Source: a virus (taxonomy: Duplodnaviria; Caudoviricetes). Taken from it: a stretch of 58,597 nt of DNA. Positions 26,068 through 38,000 of this stretch are shown piece after piece. Each line of letters starts with the position of its first letter. Position 1 is the stretch's first letter. The position numbers and the translations under genes are program-made. The notes below the pieces were generated by a model. The model worked only from the letters and a program-made list of their open reading frames with translations. It was not told the DNA's origin and ran no database searches. The DNA is taken from positions 1-58,597 of IMG/VR virus record IMGVR_UViG_3300017903_001733, one strand, 5' to 3'.

Positions 26068-29000
26068 TTATACGTCCATTAGATACCAACCTACGCGGTT
26101 TGGATTAACACCACCATCGCCATCAGAATCAACTGTTCCTCCAAATACAAGACCGAATGCTGCATTTGGTGTTTGAACAACCAACTCACCACCATTATGA
26201 TTAGCAGTATTTCCTGCTGCCAATGAACCAAGAATGGTAGATCCTGTGTTGCTTAGAGAACCTTGAATTCTTTGTAGATTTGCTGCTCTAATAACTAGGG
26301 AGATGTTATACGAAAGGTTGCCACTAATATCTATAATGCGAATCATATCGCCCATTTGAGGATCTGTTGGTAGTCTAATGAAAGATGTACCAGACACATC
26401 AACAAAGTAACTTACGTTAGATACACAATCATATACGTTATTATTAATTACCTTCCACTTAGTTGCTCCCGATGGAGAGAAGTAGTTAGTAATACCCGCA
26501 ATGTTAAGGGAACCATCATCATCAACAGCAAATACTTCATTGCCATCTTGATTGACAACCAGATCACCACCATTGACTGTTAGGTCTCCTGCCATCGTAA
26601 CAGGACCACCGAAAGTAGATAGTCCAGTTCCAAGTGCAGAGAACGAACCATAAGTGGTAAAGTCACCAGAAGAGTTGTTAAATGTCAGTCGTGGTGTAGT
26701 TCCATCAGTTCCGAAGATATTGATGTTACCACCATTCATTGTGAGGTTTCCAGTTGCTGTATCAATCTGGAATGTAGTTCTTAGTGGAACGTCAACCGTT
26801 ACGCCATCGTCCTCGAAGGAAGGACCACCATTGGTGATGGTGAAGAACTCATTATTTGGAATTGTAGAACCATTCAGTGTGAGAGTATTTTCAATCGTTG
26901 CGGTTCCTGCAATGTTAGTATTACCAGTTGCAGCAGCAATTGTGAATTTATTAAATCCAGAACCTGCACCAAAATTACCAGCAAGAGTTGTATTGCCAGT
27001 TGTAGATTCAACCTTAAACATCGTGGTTGCAGGATTGCCACCATCATTAACTATTAGAGATTGAACATCGGTGCTAATAACATCAGCAATACCACAAATT
27101 TCAGATTGATCGATTCTGATCAAATCTAGCGTGGTTAGAACACCACCAAACTCAGCAACACCAATTCTAACATTGGCACTGGTTCCATCGATACCAGCTC
27201 TTGGTTCATCCAAGATGCCATCAGGGGTAGTAGGCGAACCACCAACTGTACCAACATCCTTACCAGTTAGATAAGAAGCAGCTCCTTGCTTATCCAGTTT
27301 AGCGATAACACAACCATCGGGGTGATTTGTGCCCTCTTGAGTGCCTTCCTGTGCTCTTGTAACAGAGATTCTGAAACCTTGAGTATCAGTTGCATTGCTA
27401 ACGTTGTCAAGACCGACAACACGCATAATCTCAGATTGTGACTGATCTCTCAGTCCAGTAACTGAACTTCCACCATCTGGAGTAACTTCATCAGGAGATG
27501 CAGCGTTGCCACGATCCAGAAGAATTAGATCACCAATAGAGAAGTCATTTACTCCAGGTGTTGTAATTGGAAGGATATAAACATCACTTGCATCTGTAAC
27601 ACCATTAATGTCTAATGTGATATCAGGGGCACCGCCGCCACCAACTCTAGAGTCAGGAATGGTCAATGTCTGATTGTCAGCATAACCACTACCAGGAGCA
27701 ACAAGTGTAACAGCAACTGTGCCATCAAATGCAACTGAAATATCAAATGCTGCGCCATTTCCAGATCCACCATCTGCAAATCTGAATGTATATGTTCCTG
27801 CTGGACGTAGAGAATTAGCTGCTGCCTGTAGATTATCAAATCCAGCAATTCTACCGCCACCTGCTAAATCCTGAGATCCACCCCAGAGTCTACCACCTTC
27901 GGTATCAATTCTTCTACCAGTAGATTCATACTTATAGAAGTCAATATTTGGTGTGTCAAGAGAACCAAGATTGTGAAGTGTAATAGGAGTAGAGAATCTA
28001 CCTCTTACAATCTCAACAATACCAGCAGTTGTACCACCAGATAGAATGATATTAGAGTCAACTTCTGCAGAAGCCTGAACTTTCAAGTTGTTTCTAATGG
28101 TAGTAAATCCACCAAGAGAGGAGAAAGTTAGATTGTTAGATCTTGTAAATGCTTCAATCGTTGTATTTTGGTCATTATCAAATAGTCTTACTGTTCTGGT
28201 TTGAGAGAAGAGTCTTGCTGTTCCTGTTCCAGCAGCAGTTTTATTGCCAATTTCAAGGTCACCAGAAGCAATTGTCTGGGAAGAACCAAGAACTACTTTA
28301 GAATCTCTGTTTGCCCATGCGCCACCAATATAAACTTGAGATTGGTTAGCAGCATCATCCGCAACAGATGCAATATCAACAAATGCATTTGTTGATAGAG
28401 GATGAACACTAAAGACAGACCTATTAGCATTTGTTCCAATTCTGAATGTTTGGAAATCAGAATTACTACCCATAGTGATCGTTTGATCATTAGTGGTAGT
28501 GCTGAACATGTCAACCAGTTGTGCCTGGCTGGCAAAGTTAAGGATCAATGCATTATCATTGATTAGATTAAATGTACTAGAAGTAGTATTAATGTCACCA
28601 CCATCAACACTGATATCATCTTGAATTAAGAAGTTACCAGTAATTCTACCATCACCATCAACAACTAGGTTACGATCTAAATCACTATCAGCAGTAAGTC
28701 CTAGAGTGGTGTTAATACCAACTCTACCACCAGTTTGATAAGTAGCACCGCGAGTTGCAGTAGGTTCATCTGTTGTTGCAACACGAAGAGTTGCACGTTC
28801 CTGTAGATCATTGCTATCACCACCAACTAAGAGTGCATTATCCTGAGGAATAAATCCTTCATTAGTTAAATCGGTGCCAGTTAAAGCTTCACGCTGATCA
28901 CTATTGTAGTTGTTAAGTTCATAGCGGTTAATTACCTCACCACTAACTTGATCAATAGAAGTTAGAGTCTTACCAGAGATGAATACTGTACCAACAACAT

Positions 29001-32000
29001 CCAAGTTTGCTCTTGGTTCGGTGAATGCATCAACATTTCCAGTCAGTGCTGCACTATGTGCTGCTCTTGCAATTGTATTAATACCAAGTTTGTAATCACC
29101 ACGCTCTTCAGTATAAGTTCTGATTGCTTCCGCACCAAGTACACCGACTTCCTTCCATTGCTCAGAAGAAACAAGAATATCACCACTTGCCCAGTCTGTT
29201 GATGTGTAAATTGTTCCATCGTTGATCTCATCATCGATGGAAATCTGGAATGTTACACCAGCATCAGTTCTTGTAGAATCAACAACTTCCCAAGTGCCAT
29301 CTAGAACACTATTACTAAAGTTTCTAATTCTGATTTGAGAATTATCAAATACCCCAGAGTTAAGGTTGTTAAACGAAGCAGCATATTCAAATGTAAGTCT
29401 GTTAGATCCATCTGCAGTAATTCTAAAGAGTCTAGCTTTAATAGAAGTAAAGCTATTAGCAAGAACCCACGCAAGAGATCCAGAATTTCCTACAGAATCT
29501 CCCTTAAAGAGGATATCACCACCCTGAGCTGGGTTTGCTCCAAATTCTACAGGACCTTGTGCCGAATAGAATACACTATCAAGATCTTGCCAAGGAACAA
29601 TGTTAGAGGGATTACCACCAGCAAAGTGTGTTCTGAAAGAATAAGACTGACCATAAATTCCAAGAGGTCTTGGACGTGCATTCAGAATGAATACTGCAGA
29701 CTTAATCTTATTGCCAGAAATCTTAATGTGACCTTCTGCCTGATCTCTCCAAGAACCACTGAATAGTGTATCGTCTTCAGTAGCAGCAATATTAGAGAAT
29801 ACTGTTAGAGCATCGCCTTCGCTTGCTTCAACGTTAATTTCTACTGGTCCGTTCAAGGAAGACTTACCAGCAACTGTAATCGTGCTGTTAAACGTTACAG
29901 GAGACTCAAACGTTGTAACGAGGCTACCGATATCCTCATCATCATCCTCAGAATCTAGAAGTTCTGCAGACTCAAGGAATGTCTCCTCGCCAGTAATAGC
30001 ATTGACCTTCTTGTTACCAATGTAGAGGTCACCATTAGAGTTCAGACCTGTGTAGAAGACGATACCGCCGTCTTCACGCTTCGCTTGAGCATAGAAGTCT
30101 TGTTTGTCTGTTAGGACGACTTCTTGGCGAAGTGGGAAACCAGTGGAGTAGTTACCAGGACCGAAACCTAAGTATTCAAACGTATGGTTACCAGATCTTG
30201 CAATCGATGGACGACGCAACTCAACATATAGTTTGCGCTCAGTTGGGAACTGAGAATCACCAGAGATAGGAATTAGTCTATCTTCGGAACCAGAAGTTGC
30301 ATTACCTTCTTGTGCTTTGATCTCATTATCGCCAGTATAAGAGAATCTGTTCAGGAAAGGGTTGTCGATCATGTCGGCAACCATTTCTTTCGTTTCACTA
30401 CCCTTAGCATCGTTAACTGTTACGAGACCATGGACATAGTTGTCTGCCGCAGAAGATGTAGCAGGAACGTCAAGAATAGCAGTGTCTCTTACACCAGTTG
30501 TACCATCAACTTGGAACCACAATGGGTCATTTTTAAAGTTGATAGGATACAATTGGGAGATAGGTTGAGAGAACTTGAAGTTTCTGAAGTTCTCACCAAC
30601 ACCAGATCCAGTTGGATATGGAGAGATGTTACCACGTAGGCAAGTCAGGTAGTAAATACCATCTTGCTGGTTGGGAATACGCTCTTGTAACGTATCAATA
30701 TCGAAGATGTAGAAGCAATCATCGAAATTGCCTTGATCTGTAACTGTTGCAACATAATATGAGTTTTGACCAGTATCATCAGTAATAACGTCTCCAGGAG
30801 CAATACTATAAACATTAGAACCTTCTACTCTATAGAGATAGTTCTCACGCTTAGACTTATCTTTTCCAAAGACACCCTCAGGGTCTCCAAAAGAGTTAGG
30901 ATTAGCATCCAATCTAATCTGAACGTCGCCTTGCTTAAACAAGACTTCCTTAGATGGATCGAAAGACAACTCTCCAACAGCACCCTTAATAACAAGAACC
31001 TTTCTGGTAGCTTCAATATCATCAAGAATTGCCTGTAGATAACCTTCACCTTGAACAGTTCCGCCTCCTACAGTTTCCCAAGTAATTTTGTTAGTGTCAT
31101 TACTTTGTGTAGCATTGGCAGTAAATAATCCACCCTGATAATTGTCACAACGAACAAGAGTAAAGATTTCATTCTTAACGGACTGATTAACAATCGTATG
31201 GTCAAATAAAGTTAATTCGAGATAGTCATTAGATCCATCATTGATTTTTCTAGCAGATTGAATCGTTGCAGCAATCTTAGAATCAAACTCAATTACCTTT
31301 GGATTTAGATATGGGTCATACAGATTCTGCTGCTCGGGTAGAAGATCAATAACTGATGGGTCAATTGTTCTTACCTGATCAGCAATTAGTTCAGATTTAG
31401 TCAAACCAATCTGTTCACCAGCATTTGCTGGGTTGTAGAAAGATGCAATTGTATTAGGATTACCTTGAATAGGCTTCAGCAGAACTCTCTGTGGTACTAA
31501 ACGACGCTTGTCATCAGTTCTTGTCTTAATAACGAATCCATTAAGAGGATCACGAACTGTTTCCAGATAGTTTGGAACAATATAACGAAGTCTGTAAACT
31601 CTATCTTCTTTCTCTCTATCATCTTCAACACGAAGATAACGAGTATCTAAGGTAGGATCACTCTTCGTCTGGAAGTCAGTTGCTTCCTCAGCACCACCAT
31701 GGAATCTTGATAAGATACTATAGCGATTGTAAGTAGCACCATTAAGAGTAGATTCATCCTTAACGTTAAGGAACCACAGACCAGAAGTATTTGTTGCTGT
31801 AGTAAACTCAGAATCAAATCTAAGTGGAGATTCACGCTTGTTAGCATACAGATAGAAATCAACACCTGTTCCAGAAACAAATGTCAGTGCTCTATCACCA
31901 GACTCTGCATCAGCAGCAGAGGTGTGTAGAGTAACACGCTTATTGGAAACATAACGTACAAAATACTCAGTTTGAGTAGAAATATTTCCAGTACCACCAC

Positions 32001-35000
32001 TTAATTGAGGTAAGGTAGAACCAGCAATATCAGTTGCAAGTCTAATGAATACTTTCTGTGGGGTTGTGTTAGCAGAAGGAACATCAAAAATGTGAGCAAC
32101 CGAAGTTTCAATCTCAGAAGCACCTACAACATTCGACTTATACTTATGGAGATCATATGTTCCATCTAATACGTATTGTTCGATAGAAATTTCTACATCA
32201 GGATCAACAGAATCTGTCTCAGGAGAGTACATATAGATGCCTGCTGCAGCATTCTCAGGAGAAGTAGCAAGCATTAACTTGTTAACTTCAGTTCCATCAA
32301 ATACTCCAGGATAATCTGCTTGAGATACTGCAGTGATTTCAATTTCAATATCAGGAGCACCAGAATTACCTAATTGACCATCACTAATAACAACAATATC
32401 ACCTTGCTGATATCTAGAACCACCATTAGCAATTGCTTCTAAAGTATTACCATCACCAAGCGATACAGAACCATCAGCATTTACAATAATGTTGAAGCGT
32501 AGTCCAGTACCAGATGCCAGTGCAGTGTTGTCAGGACCAATCTTAGGTTCTGCAACCAAAGAACGATAGATTCCAGGATATGTTGCTCTATTAGCATTTG
32601 GAGCAGTGAAAGATGTTCCAGATGCTTCCGTGACTGTAATTGCAGCAGAAGATAGAGCAAAGTTTTCTGGATATAGATTTCTACCAGGAGCAATTACATA
32701 ATACTTGGTATTTGTCTTAAATCCATCAGGTAGTCTGATGACACGCTTATCAGGATTAGTACCAAAGCGAGCACGAGGAACCAATCTAACAGCAGTTCCT
32801 GTTTCTAGATCATGTGGGTTTGGATTGCCGCCAAACGTTCCTGTAGCAAGCGTGAATAGGGTTGCTCTTGCAGATAGACCTTCCAGGTTGCTATTGGGTT
32901 CAACACGGGTTACAGAAGCAAACGTAGGCATCGTGATGGGACCCAGTGGTTGATTCTGGATACCAGCAGTGATCAATGCTGTTAGTGTCGTAATGGTGTT
33001 AGCAACGTCAACGCAAGGAGGTGTTACAAGGTTTCCATTTGCATCATACTCAGGAATAACTTGAGTATCAATAACCTGAGTTAGACCATGATCACCTTGA
33101 ACTGTGATTGTTTCCTGGCGCATTGCTTGAATTGCCAGGTCTCTTGCCATATTGAATGCTGCAGCAGATTCTGCTTCTTCACCAGCAACAGATGCACTGG
33201 AGATATAGAGTTCTGCAGCTGCATATACTCTATTGTTACCACCAAATCTGACGTTATAAGCAATTTCTTTGAGTACATTCTCAACGTCATCTACACAAGC
33301 ATCTTGAATAGTCTCACCAGTCGATGCTAGCAGACCTTGACCAAGTTTTGTTCCAGCATATGCAGGATCATTGGCAATCCTGTAAACTGCTTCTGCAGCG
33401 ATGAAACGTGCATTGTCAGTGATTGCATTGGAAGCATCAACTTCAGTGCCACCCAGTACACTATAACCAGAGTTAAGTACCAGGAAGATTTGCTCGAAGT
33501 ATCCTTCGATAGTAGTTGCAATGTTAGAGCACTCAGGTAGTGGATCGCCATTACCATCAATTCTATTATCTTGAGTGATAGAATCGTCGCTAGTTGGAGA
33601 AATAGAAGACCATGCACCAACTTCAAAATCAAAGTGTAAATATGCACTATTTGTTCCTGTTCCAATAGCAGGTCTGGTTGCACCAGTGTTCAGTTTAGAA
33701 CCAGGAATACCAAGTTCGATTTGAGTGTCACTAATGATTCTCTTAATAAAGGTATTATTGCCGATGTTAGCAATTAGAGGAGTTGCTCCAAGATTCAATC
33801 TACCATTAGTAAAATCAGCTGGCGAAAATTCCTGAACTCTCATACCAATGATGAGTCCAGAAGTATCTCCAACGTCAACAATAGCAGATCCAGGAACAAT
33901 CGTACAATCTCTAATTAAGTAATCCCAATTACGCATTGCTGCGATCATCATGTTCTTGACATAATCAAGAGCATCTAGAGTTTCATTTAACTCATTAAGA
34001 ATATAAGAGAGTTGTCCTTGGATATAATATCCTTCTGCTGCCTGAATAGAATTGATGTTGCCACCAAGTCTCAAGTCATTAACAACGGCATCAACAAAAT
34101 ATCCGATGTCTCTTTCGCACTTACTAATAACGATGTTCTGATTAGTAACTAGTTCAGGATACTTAGCAATAATATACTGATACGCTTCATTCTCAATCAG
34201 TGCTTTATTGTCTTCAATTCTGTTAGCAGCATCTTGTGCATAATTGTCAACTGCTGCACTATTAGGAGTTAAAGTTTCAATACCAACAGGCCATGCTTTA
34301 AATCCAGATGGTTCAACCTTTGATTTAAATTCAATAGGACCAGATGGTTCAGAAGGATAACGAGCAAGATTAACTGCTAGTTCTTCACCACTCTTAGCAC
34401 CAATTCTATAACCATTGATAGAAGATGCTGGACGATCATCAGGATTTGCTACATTATCTCCAGCAAGATACAATCTGGTGTGATTATTTCTATCTTTAGA
34501 TGCAGGAACATCTAGGGTATACCACTGATTAATTACAGTCTTACTTGGATTAATTGTTCCAGGTGGAATAATATCAGTGACATATCCACCCTTATCCTGG
34601 TTGAAGGAGAATCCTTTGAAACCAACAGAGTGTAGAGATGTGTTACCGAAGTTAGAGTTCGAGTTGGTGATGGACATGTCACCACCACTTTCCATCAGGA
34701 AGTGATCGAAGAAACCAACAGCGAAGACCGAGACGCACTGGATGAAGGAGTCATCAGAAGCACGGATGTGGAAGTTTCTCCAGTCATCCTTCCAGTATGC
34801 ATCACCCTTGGTGTGGTAAGGGATCGTAGCGAATGCATCAGTGAGTGATGCTTGGTTCCAGGTATTGGTGAGTCTGTCGTAACGGATGAACGCACGATCG
34901 TCTTTCTGCAGCGAAACACCCGTGTACTGCGCCACAACCATGGATTTGAATCCAGTTGCCTTGGATCCATCCGCCCACATACCGCACTGACCCCAGGTAG

Positions 35001-38000
35001 AGCGGATAGAGCAGTTAAAGACATACGGAGATGCGGACTCAACAGAGTCAATTTCCGCAAGAACTACCGCGTTTGTGCTGACTCCACCGACTTCACCAGA
35101 GAAATATGTTTGACCAGAGATCAATCCGAGCGATGCTGCGGTATTATTGTATACCTCATACTCAAATACCTTAGGATTATCGCCATCAATCTTGGTAACC
35201 TTCCAGGTTCCGTTGATTTCATCAGATAGACCAGAATTGATAATCGCAACATACTGACCCTCGAAGTAACCATGATCAATCTTAGTGGTTACTGTGATGT
35301 TCGTGTAACCGAATTGCGCTGTAAATGCAATTGCTCCGCTACCACTGATTGCCTGGTTTAGTGTTACTGTATTTCCAGAGATTGACTCAATTCTAGTATT
35401 AGGATTAACAACAACACCTACGGCACTGCTTTGAATTTCTGCTCCAATATTGAGTTTGCTGGTATCAGAAACGTTTGTAAGTGTATCAGTGCTGTTACCA
35501 GTTGCGGTAAATGTTGTCTGATCTTCAATCTTGATACTCTCGATAGTTCTGCTATCAGATAGAGGACCAACGATTCTGTTTTCTTGAACTAGTGCCTCTA
35601 GATCACCATCATCGATAGTTGGTTGGAACTGCTGGAATGCCTTACCTACTTTTTCATAATAGTTGTCAAGATCTTCTCTATCTGCATACTCCATGATGCA
35701 GATCTTGTGGTGAGAATACTCAGGAATTGCTAGTTGAGTAGATCCCTTCTTATTGTAAACTTTACCAACACCTGCGGTTGAATCATATAGAGGAGACTGT
35801 GCAGAGAGGTCACCATCCTTGATAGTGAACTGCCATAGATAGCAACCACCAGTTAGATTGAAGATAGAAGTTCTGTCTTGTGTTGCATCAGCAGGATCGG
35901 GAACATATAGAGGACGAACGACTGTACGACGAAGGTCATAACCAATCAGTGAACAACCTCTAGGAACGATACAACCACCAGTTGCAGCATTGAACTTATA
36001 GAGAACGTTATCGGGGTTTGCTAGGTCAACAATAGAGTTGTCCTGCCACTCTTCAAGTGCTCTGTTATAGTTAAAGGAAGGAAGAACACCTGTAACCTTG
36101 ATATCTGCTAGGTCATCTAGGTTGCCAACCTCAATAACAGAAGTAAGGATATTAATCAGTGTGTCAATAGTTGCTTGAACATCTTGACAAGTTTCGATGT
36201 TACCAGATCCAGTGTAAGGAATAACTGGAGTGTTTGCACCAGCAACCGCAGGACCAAAAGAAATAGTCAGATCCTTAGCAAATAGTCTGTTAGTTACTGC
36301 TCTCTTTGCCCAGTATGCAATACCATTGAATGCAGTAATGGATTCTGCTTCTTCACCTAGAACACCATTAGCAATAGGATTGCCGAAGCGATCAAAGTAT
36401 GCTTTAGCGTTGGTGATTGTGTTTGCGTTGCCATCAGTTGCGAGGTCATCGATCAGACCATCAACAATATAACCAGAGTCACGCTTACACTTAGCATGTC
36501 CCGCAGATACCAAAGTAGAAGTAGTTTCTTCAGGAAGTTGACTTAGGTTTTCATCTGTTACGGATGTAATAATAATTGCACCCAGAGTATCGATAGCAGA
36601 CTGAACGTCAGCACATGCTGCAGGGTTACCAGACTGAAGATTCTCCTGTGGGTTATTGCTATTGCCGTAAATAGCATCACCAGGAGTGATTGTAGGATCT
36701 TTGAAGTATAGTTGATTAGTAACTGCCTTCTTCATCTCTGCAATCGCAAAATTAAATGCAGTTAGAGATTCAGCAGTTTCACCTTGAAGACCATTTGCAA
36801 CCCAGTTGTTGCCAGTGTCATCAAAGTAGTTCTGTGCTAGTTTTCTGGTGTATACATTACCACCCGCTTCATGAACGTCAAGGGAGATTGCATCGATGAA
36901 TTGTCCGATGTCACGCTTACACTTAATTTCACCAGCAGGTAGGATAGTTGAAGTTGTCTCAGCAGGAAGGACGTTACTAAGCAGGAATGTTCCATTGTTT
37001 GCTGCCAGGTCAGAATTATCAAAAATACCATCGACAATAGCATATAGCGTGTCGATCATGCTCTGAACATCAGAACATGCAATAGGAGAAGTGTTTGGCG
37101 GAGTGGGTCCTCCATCACCATAAACTGCTTCACCAGGAGTTACTGTGAGATCCTGATACTCGCTACCAGGAGAAGATGTGGAGGTGTAGTTATTGGTGAT
37201 CGCCTGCTTCATCAACTCAACTGCTTTAGAGAACGCAGTTAGAGAAGAAGTTTCTTCACCACGAAGACCAGTGGTTGCATCATGAACAACACTATTCTCA
37301 AGTGCGCTTACAAATGCATGAATTGTTTGTGGTTCGTGCTTGATTGCCTGTGCAGTTGCACTAACAAATGTGTGAACAGATGTATCAGAAGAGGTGCCCA
37401 CATTAATAGTGAAAGTGCCATCTTGACGCTCAACACCATTAGCAGTCGCACTGACGAAGGTGTGGGCACCAGTGTACTCAGAAGGACCTACGTTAATATC
37501 AAAAGTGTTGGTGGTTACATTGCTAATCTCCAACCAACGTCCAGATGGATAATCAATACCAGGGCGAGGATAAGACTTGGTTTCAGTATCACCATCTAGG
37601 ACACAGGTGTAAGACAGAGAATTATCTGCAACCTTAATGTAATCACCATTGCTAAATCCGTGGTTTGCAATGGTAAGTGTTACAACACCAGTTGCTGCAT
37701 CATAAGGAGCATCGGTTACTGTATGAGAAGTAGAACCAACTGCAGAGATTGCAATAGACTGACCTGCATACGGGTCAACTCCAGGACGTGGATAAGTGTG
37801 CTGAGTTGCGTTACCATCAAGAGCACAGGTAAAGGTAAAGGAGTTGTCTTCTAGAACAACGCCGCGGCCAACACCTAAACCATGTTGACCAACAGTGACA
37901 ACCATGTCACCTGTTGATGGATTATAATCTACAGCAGATGGTTGGAAATACTTGTTAGGACCAGATGCACCAGCGTTAAAGGTAATAGTATTAGCAGTAG

